Source: Balanoglossus misakiensis
Lineage: Eukaryota; Animalia; Hemichordata
Length of the DNA stretch: 64,000 nucleotides
Direction of reading: 5' to 3'
Assembly: GCA_040954595.2 (NCBI GenBank)
Contig: CM082580.2
Coordinates: 10,518,390 to 10,582,389 of the forward strand
The notes under the pieces are model-generated. The model saw only the letters and a program-made list of their open reading frames with translations. It did no database searches and had not been told where the DNA came from. Shown here piece by piece: positions 14,848 to 27,214 of this stretch. A program made the translations under genes and the position numbers. The number at the start of each line of letters is the position of its first letter. Positions within the stretch are counted from its first letter, which is position 1.

Positions 14848-16445
14848 CTGTCTGTCCGTCCGTCCGTCTGTCTCTTTATAATTGGTTAGCTATCTGCCAC
14901 GGAGTCTTGCCTTTCTGTGCCAATTGTTAGTTCATTATTGTGCCGGCACTTGTTAAATTTCCCATTATATTATCACTTCAATATATCTCGTACAGTCGTA
15001 TAATCGATCGATTGTAACAGTAATTAGGAAGTATAAACTGTATGAAATAGATGTGTATGTTTTTGTTGTCCTTTTGGTTCAAATAGGCTGTAGTGGTTTA
15101 CATTCACGTCTTCATGCTCTACACTAAAGGATGCGGTCACCCGAGGTCGTCGTAAATTTTCCGATTTCTTCAGAACGGGTTCGCCCGACTTTATTTCAAA
15201 GTTGCATGCCAAAATTGACTTCACGCTGCCTTTGCAGTGGGATAGTAAAACGATACCGTATAAGATTTGGAAACCATTTCCTCAGAGTCGAAAAAGTAAT
15301 TACGCGCGTGTGTTAGCATACAAATGGGTCCTGAAGGTACACTTCAGCGAGGATGTGTGGACGCGGGAAATAATATAGAAGTAAAAAAATTCGATTGCAT
15401 TGACTTCGGCGAGGATTTTTAATGTTATAGCCGCCAGTATATTGATTTGGCATCGTTAAGTACACAGAGCGAGCGGTGCACTAACGGCTATGCATGTCGG
15501 CGGTTCTCAATCAGTGACCGGGTTTCTTTCCATGACTTATTTGGTTTGCTCTTGTCTTCGCTCGTTCTCTGTATAATCATTCGCGGCACGTCCGAACCGT
15601 AAAACACCCGACTGGTTCATTTTTACGCCCCCCCCCCCCCAACCAACATATGGAATACGACACGCATGTCCTCAAAGGCAATTCTGCGTTGGTTGGCGTT
15701 GACGACGAAATGATCGATCGAGCGAGCGAGAGGCCTTTCTTTTAAGAATAAAATAAGGTCAAGGGAAAATCACGCTGTCGCTTCTCTCGCTGACGTAAAT
15801 GCATTAGGTTTGGTTCAAAACGGGCATACTGAAGGATCGATTAGCGTTATCCAGAGTGTGGCACCCCGTCTAGTATGATGGCAACAATCGCAGGGACTGC
15901 ACTGAAAGTTGATACGGTTTTATGGGGTAAGGACTAGGCAGAGAGAACACAAAGGAAATGCCCTACGGACGAATGACATTTATAGATTCCTCAGGTATCT
16001 GGATTATTAGAAATGTCCTCTGCACCGATAAGTCTTGTCTGTAGACAAGGTTTTGTGTCCCTTTAAGGAATGGATCGGCATATAGTGTGTTGGTTTGGTG
16101 TGATGTCTGGTTATCGTTTTGAAGTACTCAGTCAATTCTTCTTTTACCTCCTGACACAAGGTTTTTGTAAGCAGCAACTAAACACCGCGTACTTTTATCG
16201 GTTATAAGTATTTGGACGAGAATCGCAGTGACGACCTTAGTTGTCATGGAGACCGGAACGCGCAATTGGACAATTCCTCGAAGTAATACCCATGCGTGGT
16301 CACGCTGGTCTATTTTCTCTTGCACTTTTGTCATTACCATTTGTACACAATAGCGAGACATACATACATACATACATACATACATACATACATACATACA
16401 TACATACATACATACATACATACATACATACATACATACATACAT

Positions 16446-16478
<33 letters not shown>

Positions 16479-16643
16479 TACATACATACATACATACATA
16501 CATACATACATACATACATACATACATACATACATACATACATACATACATACATACATACATACATACATACATACATACATACATACATACATACATA
16601 CATACATACATACATACATACATACATACATACATACATACAT

Positions 16644-16692
<49 letters not shown>

Positions 16693-18216
16693 TATCTGCC
16701 CGATATCTTTACACTGCATAGCACATCAGCGACTAATTCCTTATATTTTCCTGAGATTAGACAGGTTTAGCAAGTATTTTTCAGTTGAGAACTGTCTTAA
16801 TAGCAATTTTCTCCACATAAATATTTTAATCTTTGACATAAGCCTGCGTTTTCTGTCTTTCATGTATACGTAGGCGTCACTGACAGCTACATGCGAATTC
16901 AAATTTATTTCGTATTACTTATGAGATAATAACAGACACAGGGTTTCTCATGATAATCAAGAAAGCCAATTTTGTACGTCACAGGCTCATGCAAAGTAAT
17001 TGCTTCTGGAAATCCAAGCAACTGCCCGGCGCCGGCGAGTGGGTGGCCAGTCATTTTCATTGTATTTCACGGAAAAGCCAACTTGCCAATTTGCAGTCAC
17101 GCTGAAATTGTTGCTAGGTGACAGATAAGACGGTCGTCCCATGGGTAGGCTTGTCAATGCCAGAATTATGTCCAGCCGACGTATTTGTCAACGATCTTGA
17201 ATGAAATTTTGCTCGAATGATTTCAGAATACGTGTATTATATTTTTACCGGATGAAAACAGCGTCGGCGTGTATTGTCTGCGAAAATGGCAGGAATGAAA
17301 TTGCGCGCGAAGGGAACGCCTGATTTCCTCTTTGGATCATAACAACCAAAGTAAAACGGTCGATAGCGTATCTGAAGGATCAACATCGGTAATTGAAAAT
17401 GTCCATTGCTCAGTCGTGCGATGACTGACTGTAACAAAAAAAAGAAAGCGAAACACGTGATCAAATGACCTCGTATAACCTCACAAGCAGGCATCCTTTC
17501 TTACAGAATAGATGATTTTCCGGACATTGCGAGATCTCGTCAGACTTGCTTAATTACCGTAGCAACGGGTTGCTAGTCTATTGTAATATACCCTGTATTC
17601 TCATTCCGCAGCCTGTTCCTGTTTGATGCTCACAGAAGTCAACTCTCTCACCTGCCATGTTTGCAAAAGCGTGATCGGAAACCAAGACGCAGACTGTGAG
17701 GGCGCCCCAAACAGCCCGAGGGCATGCATGGCTACAGATAACGAGTTTTGTCTGGTAAGTTTCGTCTTCGTGTTCCATATTGCGAGCAGTACGTGACTCT
17801 TAGTAGTGTTTCACGGAGTTCTTGCGACTTTATTCCCGCAGGCAAGAGTGGCTTTTGTCGGAGACATACTTTCCTCGGTGGTCAGGGCGTGCAGCGAGAC
17901 GTGTGAACCGGACTACTTGTCCTGCCTACAGGAGCACGGCGAATGCACACTCTGCTGCGACACGAACGACTGCAACAGCCGATCCGCCGTCAACGTGGCA
18001 ACCCTGCTGGCCACGGGCGACCCGCCAACGGCAACGCCCCCATCGGCACGGAACACCGCAGAAGCAAACACGGATTACAAAAATTCATCAGGTGCGGCAG
18101 TTATATCGGATGACGACAGAGATCCAGCGGTCACGTATCACGCAATAAACAGAGACAGGATTGCCATTTTTGTCGCCTGTGCGCTTTGGGTTTCATTTAA
18201 TTGTTTAAATTGGTAG
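12811..18216 (+). CDS. Ly6/uPAR (three-finger, LU-domain) protein, probably GPI-anchored
   Basis: join(12811-12844,17612-17754,17842-18216), phases 1 and 0 consistent. Signal MPESPWLPLLVACSCLMLTEVNS, then LTCHVC...C...C...FCL...RACSETC...C...ECTLCCDTNDCN (canonical LU CCxxxxCN end), a T/P/A/S-rich stalk and a hydrophobic C-terminus IAIFVACALWVSF. The exon-1 assignment across a 4.8-kb intron is less certain. Confidence 0.85.
13529..13702. repeat. (ATAAT)n microsatellite grading into (ATTAATAAT)n
   Basis: Directly visible tandem array. Confidence 0.97.
14818..14872. repeat. Imperfect (CTGT/CCGT)n microsatellite
   Basis: Directly visible. Confidence 0.9.
16359..16692. repeat. Compound microsatellite (CATA)n-(CA)n-(CATA)n-(CAGA)n
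   Basis: Directly visible; explains the spurious YIHT/MYVC ORFs. Confidence 0.98.
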
Positions 18217-18395
18217 TTAGACGTAGCTTAATATCATCTTTTTTATTATTATTTCGCACGTATATGTATACAATGGTCCTGAAGAGGTTGCGTTTTATTC
18301 CAGGCGTTATTAGCACATGACGGAAATCAATTTCTGTTTGGCTAATTAGTGTGTAGCACCTGGTGGTTTAATATAATTTCGCAGAGAAGAATACT

Positions 18396-18470
18396 TGTGG
18401 TGTTGTGTTGTGGTGTAGTGTAATGTAGTGTAGTGTAGTGTAGTGTGGTGTGGTGTATTGTGGTGTAGTG
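18396..18470. repeat. Imperfect (GTAGT/GTGGT/GTTGT)n pentamer repeat
   Basis: Directly visible downstream of the LU gene stop codon. Confidence 0.85.
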
Positions 18471-18680
18471 TGACGTAGAGTAAAAGCCACTCTCTATTAT
18501 GTTTCATATTAATTATTTTATTTTATAGTGATGATTCCATTTAATTAAAACTCGTTCTTGAAGTTCTGCTCATTTTCTCTAGTAGATTTATAGTGTTCTC
18601 TTTAAACAAAAAAAGAAAATTAAAAAACATTCGTTCGTTCGTGTTTATTAAATAACTCTTCATTGAAATTCAACATGCCC

Positions 18681-18682
<2 letters not shown>

Positions 18683-18752
<70 letters not shown>
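18683..18752. repeat. (GA)n microsatellite
   Basis: Directly visible. Confidence 0.97.
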
Positions 18753-18753
<1 letters not shown>

Positions 18754-20171
18754 GGACAGGAGGCACACAAATGATAGACAACACCTCAAACTCTTGTGAC
18801 GTATCGTATTCCATGTGCTGAGAACACGACGCGTGGTAAACGACTGTTGTATTCATTACACGTATGTGAGTAACTGCACATGTCCTGAAGTCACCCAAAG
18901 GGTGTACAGTTTCCCCGTGCACAACACTGGGCATTGGTTGAAACCGAAGGATTTCTCTGAGACTCGCTAATCCGGTAATAGAAACACGATACATTTGGGA
19001 GGATTAGTTCGTCCTCGTTCATGGAGATATTCTGAAAAAAAAATCTCCAGTCTGTATCTATTACTGACACCTAGTAAAGATACACCTTTATTAACCCAAC
19101 GACGTCAATTCCTGTTCATAACAAATTCAGATACACAATTCATGATGCTGTAGCCATATTTGCATATGACATGAGAACACAAATATACAATACACGCGTT
19201 TTTATTCATGTCATGTGCAATGATGTACAATTAATCACATTTTAATGCACTGGACAACAACATGTTCTGGCAAGTTGGACGAAAATATCTGATGATGGCG
19301 ATGGTGTATTTATGATTACCATACTGAGGATTTCTAGTGTGTGCCTATAAAATAAGTATGCATTGTAGAGTTTTACAAGCTTAGGAAACCTTTCATTCGG
19401 CTTGGTGAATTCATGTGCTTGGATAAATTTCATAAATACCATGGCAGATTCTCTGGCACATCCGTTGTCACTCCCTTGTTGGTATTATCCTGAAAGATGT
19501 TGTTTGTAGGCAGCGAATAATTTAATCGTGCTTTGGCGCGAAAGGAAAGTCCTCCCAACCCCAAAGAACCCCCAAAGCAATGGGGGAATCCTCTATGTAT
19601 TAAACGTACCAAATCACTCAAGTAAATTACTTACTCGCGCCGTTTCCCTAATGAGTCTCTCTCGTATATGATTTTCGAACAGAGATTATCCTGAGGAAAA
19701 TCATGTCACTGAACACAGTTTGCTGCTGACAAAATGCGATGGAATTAAGGTCAGCTGAACTTGGATAAAACTAATCCCAAGTTTCTTGCGGTCTTGATTA
19801 AACATGATTAAAACGAAAAAATTTCACAATACAAATATTTTCAGTTTCCAGGGCTACAGTGTTGCTTCCCGTCATTCTCCATCGCCAACTGACCAATATC
19901 ACTCTCCGAAACAATGACCTCTGTTTATGTCATTGCACCTGACTCCAGTTTACATGTAAATGTAATGCTTGAAGTAAACCACCCTCCCGCTTCTGAACAT
20001 ACACGGACTAGAGCCACAGGTAACATCATGATGCGCTATTACATTTTTATTGAAATAGACATTGGACTGACATAACACCAAAGGAGGCGTCAATTTTTGA
20101 CCAGGACAGCCTGGTTTTCAGAGAATATTCGAAGCGACTACTTCGGATGTATCCACGCGAATTGTTCTTTC

Positions 20172-21981
20172 TCAGTCAAGATCTCGCACGCTGAGTCTGT
20201 CGTCGCTGCTCTCGTCGTTGCTGTCGCTGTAGTCTTCAAGTTCGAATGTTACTGATTTCAGTGTGCTGTTCGATCCCGATGTCCATTTTGATGTTTCGGT
20301 ACCTGCACTACTGCCGCTGCCGTTGCTACTACGACTCTTGCTGGATGCCGCCCCGGATTTGGAGCTCGTTCCGCCGGAAGACCGCGCCTCGGTAGACGCA
20401 CTCTTTTTCGTGACCTCGCTGCTTCGTGTATGGCCACTGCTGGTACTGCTGCTGCTGGTGTCATCGGTCGGTGAGTTTGCTTCTGTCGACTTCTTTGACT
20501 TGCAAACGATTATCTTCGCTACCTTTTCCTTTGACACTGCGCTACCGCCAGCTGAGCTGGCCTCTTTTGTCTTTAAACCGCCAGGTGTTCGCTTTTGAGT
20601 GATTTTCGAATCGTTTTTATTACTACCCGGCACCCGCCGGCCATTACTGTTCCTGTGAGAAAACTTCGATGACACCTGTGTTGAGGCGGGCAAGTCGGGC
20701 GTTTCCTTCGGCGGGCCGCGCCTGGACACCGCTTTTGATTTCCGCGCGGTATTTCCGCTTTTGACCTTGACGTCTGGGCCCTTTCGATGAGAGTTGTGCA
20801 GTGCCTCGTCCATCAGAGTTTTCGCCCATTGCTTGTAGCGGTGCCTCATGCAATTGTGCCCGCGTCGGAATACGTTAGACAGATAGCATCGGTAGCAGTG
20901 CACGTCTCTCCAGTAACACGCTGGCCATCTTTTATCTGGAAGAAAATTTTAAATGTCGAGAGTTAATTGACAACAGGGAAGTGATTCTGTTTTTGTTGTT
21001 TTGCTCTGTGTCTCCCTGACAATTCTTTAATATAAATCACATGATCCGGCCATGTGACCCACAGCATTGTCATTTCCAGGTGACGGGCAAACAACATGGC
21101 GGCATCCCATCTAAGTTTTTTCGATCATGTTTATATTCTAGAACCGCCAGACACGTAACATACAGGCATGGTGCCTCATGAGTCCCATGGCGTTTTGTCT
21201 GCACAGATCTGCATCACGTCGCCCGTCAGCTGGAAATGTGAATACCAACGTAACTGCGTCTGACTGCATCTGACGTCATTTGATATCTGAAGACTATTCT
21301 CTGCAGCTATGTGCGTGAACAGCTGTTATTCAGGTCCCTCCTCTCTCCCTGACACCCTCCCACCCTCTCACCAATTGCCTCCCTCCCCAAACTCTCACTC
21401 TCTCCATCTCCCCCATTCTCTCTACCTCTCTCTCCAGAGTCCCCATTACATGTGTTTCACTTCTCAGATATCGCACAGAAAAGGCATAATTGCAGGTGCA
21501 TTAGCGACACCATTATGCTTATTAGGGCGTCATTATCTGAAAGATGGTTGACATTAATGAGAGCATAATTTAGCAGAAAAGATGTTACAACACACATGTA
21601 CAGTTACCACCTACATGTTGCGAAGGTCAGCGCTAAGATATCGCTTCTGTTGGCTCTCTTGCCGACCAAACTTGGGAAGACGCCGGGCCGACCGCGCGTC
21701 GATGGCCGACTTCTTTCTAACAACCAGACGCCAAAGGTGTCCCAGAAATATGGATAGTCCTCCTCGCGTAATTCAGAGATAGGGCCACCCAAGAGCGGAA
21801 AACGATCTGTGATGATGGTGGAAATGAAAACAACAGAGAGGAGAATAGGGAGTGGTATTTATGTACAACCTATTGTTGCAGTAATAATTGAAGTTTAATA
21901 GGTGCCATAATTACATGGTGCAGCTGATCCTCGCGTTGTGGTGGACTCGGGCTCGGAGGAATCTTGAACATTCAATATCAT
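20172..21981 (-). CDS. Uncharacterised ~362-aa protein: Cys/His/Trp-containing N-terminal half and a Ser/Lys-rich disordered C-terminus with an acidic end
   Basis: complement join(21981-21915,21806-21615,21229-21164,20935-20172). All three introns are phase 1 with GT-AG and the frame stays open: MILNVQ...YRFPLLGGPISELREEDYPYFWDTFGVWLLERS...KRWPACYWRDVHCYRCYLSNVFRRGHNCMRHRYKQW... The start codon is uncertain. Confidence 0.7.
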
Positions 21982-23380
21982 ACTCGTGAGGGCGCGCGCA
22001 CACTTGTACGAACGTGAAAAAACCCTAAAGTTATGTACTCTTTCGACTGTACGTGTAACTCTACAAAACAGAAATTAATCAGGCGTGACGTACCAATCAA
22101 CTCATCGAAATCCTCGATCCGGTATGGTGTAGGGACATATACGTTCCGTAAAACAGACTTCGCTTTCTGCGTCAAGTCACATAGATCGTCGGGCTGAAAA
22201 GTAACGCTTGGAGAATTAGCTCTCGCCTACCCACGTATAGACTAGAAAAAATCAGCCATTCGAGGGCGCTCCTGTCTGCAATTATGCAAAAATGCAAGAT
22301 TTAACCCCCAAAATAAACGCGACTTGTGTACTAACTACGAGCATTGCAGAAACAACGGGTAAATACTGCACAACGTACCGTCAGTGGTAGGGTTATCGGC
22401 CCAAGCATTCGGTGACGCCGATCTCCTCCGCTACGACTTCGGAAGGACCTACTCCCAGATAAAGAGTCCACCAATGCGCTTATCGAAAGGCTCATGTCAT
22501 TTTTTTTTTCACTTTTCGCTTTGAATTTTAATTCCAACACATGCCAGTAAACACGGACGTTCGAATGTTCTATCCGGATTCTCCAGGCAGAATTTACGGT
22601 GTGCCAATCGAACGCACGCAAATTCATGTCATCGGGCGCACGCGTATATACGCGGGCACACGTGGAACCCGGGTTCAGTACATGTATGTACATATACTCT
22701 GTATGTATAACATGTGCGTACTGATTACTAATATTTTGCAGTGTGGCAAATACATACATCTGCCATCTACCCACTTTTGAATATTCATAATACACATGTA
22801 ATTCATGTCCTCGCTGACTCAGTGAGTCTGCTCTCGAATTGGCAAACAAATCATGTTTTGACATCGCGATATTTAGCCTCGTCTATTAGTCACATACTCG
22901 AAATACTTAAATTGAATTATCGGTATTCATAACCATCCGGAACAATGCCACTCTTTCACAGAATCGTGAATATAGAAAGCAGAACAGTTTTATCGACAGC
23001 ATTCATCAACTCTAACAGTTGATTATTTTATTTACTAAAAGCACTTTAGATCCCCTTATAAAATGTATTTCGCATGAAGCTTTCCCATGTGACCCCACCC
23101 GACCGTACATTGTAGACGCACTGTCAACTTGATGGTACTAAAATATAACCAGTTAAATTGGTTACCACTCCCGAAAAATAAACCATATCTTGCCATTTAT
23201 TTTCAGCTAGTACACACTATTTAGATTCTATTGTCTATTTCTGTTATCAAAATATTAATATTAGCATGAGAAACAACAAAGTTTATGCCACCTATAACCT
23301 GTTTATATTTAGACCGAACAGAAATACATGTATGTCATCCGGATAGTCAATGTTGAATTGTTCCGCGCTTTTGTACATCT

Positions 23381-24469
23381 TCAAGTTGTATTTTGTGTTC
23401 TGTTGTCTTTAATCGCAGTAAACATTGTTGCAACGGAACAGACAAGGACTATCCCGCCTCCCAGAAACTCTAGCCAGCTTACGTTCCGGCCGAATACGAA
23501 TACATCGGCCAGAAAGTCAATTATCAGCTGTACGTTGAACAACACCGTTACTTTTGCCGCCGATTCCAGTTGCAAGGCGCGATTAAAGGTGAGGTAGTAG
23601 AGCAGGAAAAAGGCTATCATTCCGAACAAGTAACCGATGTTTCTCGGATCCTTCTCCATTGCTGCGAGTAGAGTGTATTCACTGAACAAAAAGGACAAGG
23701 GCAGCGTGATGACGATGCCAAGAATGCCGTTATAAATCATGATCACCAGAATGGAAAGATCGTCACTCATTGCTTTTGTGCACAGCGCCCCGCAGGAAAG
23801 AAGACCTCCCGTGATGATGGCTAGCATGTATCCCTTCCATTCGGACCCCATGTGCGCGACGAATCCGAAAATGAACTGGGGACGCGTGATCAGGAGGAGG
23901 CCTACCGCGTTTGCCGCGAGTATGACTACCTCAATTACTCCGCATTTCTCAGAAAGAAATATGCAGACCAAGACAGGTGTCATGATTTGAACAAGTCCAA
24001 GGGCAATGGTGGTCGCGTCGCCGATACCGACAAAGATCAGCGAATAATAGAAGATAAGGTCGCCGGCAGTTTCGATGATTCCCTTGGCGATGTTCAACAT
24101 GGCATCCCTTCTTTGGATGTTTAGTAGACTTACGTTGTTGTATAACATGAGCGGTACAATCACGGCGACCATGACGATTGACTTCATCAGCAGTTGTTGT
24201 GAGGGAGACATTCCACCAGACACCCCGAGTAGTATGAAGACATCGGATAAACCCAGAAATATTCCTCCTAGCAGTCCGTACGTGGCACCAGCCACCGCCT
24301 CCCAACAACGTCGCCATGCTTTTTCAGATTTTTTTCCACGTCCCAGCTCATCATGGACCTCGACTTTTTTGTCATCAATTAAGATTTTGTGTCTCTCGGT
24401 CAGTTCCAGAGTCTCGTCACTGTCTTTACACGTACTTGGCCTTCCCCCCATGTTGTCAAATGCCTTCAA
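23381..24469 (-). CDS. SLC35G-like (EamA/DMT superfamily) transporter, copy 1, intronless CDS
   Basis: 362-aa ORF with about 10 hydrophobic segments and EamA motifs (IGDATTI, P..VCIFLSEK, GLLLITRPQFIFG, TFNRALQLESAAKV). Confidence 0.88.
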   Translation of the reverse strand: MKAFDNMGGRPSTCKDSDETLELTERHKILIDDKKVEVHDELGRGKKSEKAWRRCWEAVAGATYGLLGGIFLGLSDVFILLGVSGGMSPSQQLLMKSIVMVAVIVPLMLYNNVSLLNIQRRDAMLNIAKGIIETAGDLIFYYSLIFVGIGDATTIALGLVQIMTPVLVCIFLSEKCGVIEVVILAANAVGLLLITRPQFIFGFVAHMGSEWKGYMLAIITGGLLSCGALCTKAMSDDLSILVIMIYNGILGIVITLPLSFLFSEYTLLAAMEKDPRNIGYLFGMIAFFLLYYLTFNRALQLESAAKVTVLFNVQLIIDFLADVFVFGRNVSWLEFLGGGIVLVCSVATMFTAIKDNRTQNTT

Positions 24470-25170
24470 ACATATATAATGGAATACCGATTATGCCGAT
24501 GATTTAGCCAGCGCTTTAGTACATATATAGGCCTACATAATGTGTGCCCTATTTTAATAGCATTTTGATCTAAAATTAGGGTTACAGGATGAGACAGGTT
24601 AACATTTCAAGCAAGTTTCGGAGCCTTGATCATTATGGTGTAGTCAGGTTGCTAAACCCCGATATTAAGCTTACTTTGAAAATTTTTACATGTGTCATTT
24701 ACATTCTAACCCTCTCCTCGTGCTGATTCATAACCATCCGGAACAATGCCACTCTTTCACAGAATCGTGAATATAGAAAGCAGAACAGTTTTATCGACAG
24801 CATTCATCAACTCTAACAGTTGATTATTTTATTTACTAAAAGCACTTTAGATCCCCTTATAAAACGTATTTCGCATGAAGCTTTCCCATGTGACCCCCCG
24901 ACCGTACATTGTAGACGCACTGTCAATGGTACTAAAATATAACCAGTTAAATTGGTTACCACTCTCGAGAAATAAACAATATCTTGCCATTTATTTTCAG
25001 CAAGTACACACTATTTAGATTCTATTGTGTTTTCTTCTGTTATGAAAATATTAATATTAGCAAGAGAAACAGCAAAGTCTATGCCACCTATAACCTGTTT
25101 ATATTTCGACCGAACAGAAATATGTCATCCGGATAGTCAATGTTGAATTGTTCCGCGCTTTTGTACATCT

Positions 25171-26259
25171 TCAAGTTGTATTTTGTGTTCTGTTGTCTTT
25201 AATCGCAGTAAACATTGTTGCAACGGAACAGACAAGGACTATCCCGCCTCCCAGAAACTCTAGCCAGCTTACGTTCCGGCCGAATACGAATACATCGGCC
25301 AGAAAGTCAATTATCAGCTGTACGTTGAACAACACCGTTACTTTTGCCGCCGATTCCAGTTGCAAGGCGCGATTAAAGGTGAGGTAGTAGAGCAGGAAAA
25401 AGGCTATCATTCCGAACAAGTAACCGATGTTTCTCGGATCCTTCTCCATTGCTGCGAGTAGAGTGTATTCACTGAAGAAGAAGGACAAGGGCAGGGTGAT
25501 GACGATGCCAAGAATGCCGTTGTATATCATGATCACCAGAATGGAAAGATCGTCACTCATTGCTTTTGTGCACAGCGCCCCGCAGGAAAGAAGACCTCCC
25601 GTGATGATGGCTAGCATGTATCCCTTCCATTCGGACCCCATGTGCGCGACGAATCCGAAAATGAACTGGGGACGCGTGATCAGGAGGAGGCCTACCGCGT
25701 TTGCCGCGAGTATGACTACCTCAATTACTCCGCATTTCTCAGAAAGAAATATGCAGACCAAGACAGGTGTCATGATTTGAACAAGTCCAAGGGCAATGGT
25801 GGTCGCGTCGCCGATACCGACAAAGATCAGCGAATAATAGAAGATAAGGTCGCCGGCAGTTTCGATGATTCCCTTGGCGATGTTCAACATGGCATCCCTT
25901 CTTTGGATGTTTAGTAGACTTACGTTGTTGTATAACATGAGCGGTACAATCACGGCGACCATGACGAGTGACTTCATCAGCAGTTGTTGTGAGGGAGACA
26001 TTCCACCAGACACCCCGAGTAGTATGAAGACATCGGATAAACCCAGAAATAATCCTCCTAGCAGTCCGTACGTGGCACCAGCCACCGTTTCCCAGCAACG
26101 TCGCCATGCTTTTTCAGATTTTTTTCCACGTCCCAGCTCATCATGGACCTCGACTTTTTTGTCATCAATTAAGATTTTGTGTCTCTCGGTCAGTTCCAGA
26201 GTCTCGTCACTGTCTTTACACGTACTTGGCCTTCCCCCCATGTTGTCAAATGCCTTCAA
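25171..26259 (-). CDS. SLC35G-like transporter, copy 2
   Basis: 362-aa ORF differing from copy 1 at a few residues (WETVA, GGLFL, MKSLV, FFFSE). Confidence 0.88.
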   Translation of the reverse strand: MKAFDNMGGRPSTCKDSDETLELTERHKILIDDKKVEVHDELGRGKKSEKAWRRCWETVAGATYGLLGGLFLGLSDVFILLGVSGGMSPSQQLLMKSLVMVAVIVPLMLYNNVSLLNIQRRDAMLNIAKGIIETAGDLIFYYSLIFVGIGDATTIALGLVQIMTPVLVCIFLSEKCGVIEVVILAANAVGLLLITRPQFIFGFVAHMGSEWKGYMLAIITGGLLSCGALCTKAMSDDLSILVIMIYNGILGIVITLPLSFFFSEYTLLAAMEKDPRNIGYLFGMIAFFLLYYLTFNRALQLESAAKVTVLFNVQLIIDFLADVFVFGRNVSWLEFLGGGIVLVCSVATMFTAIKDNRTQNTT

Positions 26260-27214
26260 ACATATATAATGGAATACCGATTATGCCGATGATTTAGCCA
26301 GCGCTTTAGTACATATATAGGCCTAAATAATGTGTGCCCTATTTTAATAGCATTTTGATCTAAAATTAGGGTTACAGGATGAGACAGGTTAACATTTCAA
26401 GCAAGTTACGGAGCTCTGATCATTACGGTGTAGTCAGGTTGCTAAACCCCGATATTAAGCTTACTTTGCAAAATTTTACATGTGTCATTTACATTCTAAC
26501 CCTCTCCTCGTGCTGATTACTTGCGCACAGTAAATATACGCGTGATAAAATGCGCCCTCTTTTGGTGAACTCTTCCAACCGCCTGACCTCATACTGTCGT
26601 GTCTGATCAAGGAGTCTTTCAGGGCAGGTTGCCAATCTATGAAACTAAGCTGCAGCGTAAAGTTGGTTCATACATGATGGCAAAATGCTACACTTGATTA
26701 TCATGCTGAGCAAGAACTTCGTCAAAATTAGGCTAGTCATGACAATAAAGGAAATAAACATACTGAATTTTATACAACAAGCTGAATACTTGATACCAGA
26801 TGGTACATGCTATAGACCTGGAACCTGCAGTCCAAAGAAAGAAGGGAAAAAAAACACTGAAAATTGTCTGACTTGGTTATCAGATTTATTAAACAATGAA
26901 ACGTGTTCACTACATAAACATTTCAATGGACGCTGGAAAATAACACGACTCCATGATAACACACAGGTCTTAGACAATTGAAATATCCACTACGATAAGC
27001 AGGGATAAGCCAAGAAATTCGAATGAGTTAAACACCAGCTCTCCCTATCTACTTCAAATACACAAAATCAAATACTATCAAACATTAACATTCCCGAGCT
27101 CTGGATTAATTGACCCTTAAAATCATATTCGACCTTTATACAGATCGTAACAAAGCCAAGAGATAACCATGATGATATCGGTTCGTTGAATTGTCCCGCG
27201 CCTTGTGTACATCT

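Larger units (their letters stand above)
22925..26518. repeat. Recent direct tandem duplication (~1.8-kb unit) carrying a whole SLC35G gene
   Basis: Unit 1 (22925-24725) and unit 2 (24726-26518) are near-identical, including non-coding flanks. ATT microhomology is present at all three boundaries (22925, 24726, 26516). Confidence 0.95.

Noticed and set aside
16128-16873. Long ORFs (up to 210 aa) on both strands
   Set aside because: Translations of the (CATA)n/(CAGA)n microsatellite.
23739-26297. Repeated plus-strand ORFs over the SLC35G genes
   Set aside because: Antisense shadows of the real minus-strand CDS; they recur only because the gene is duplicated.
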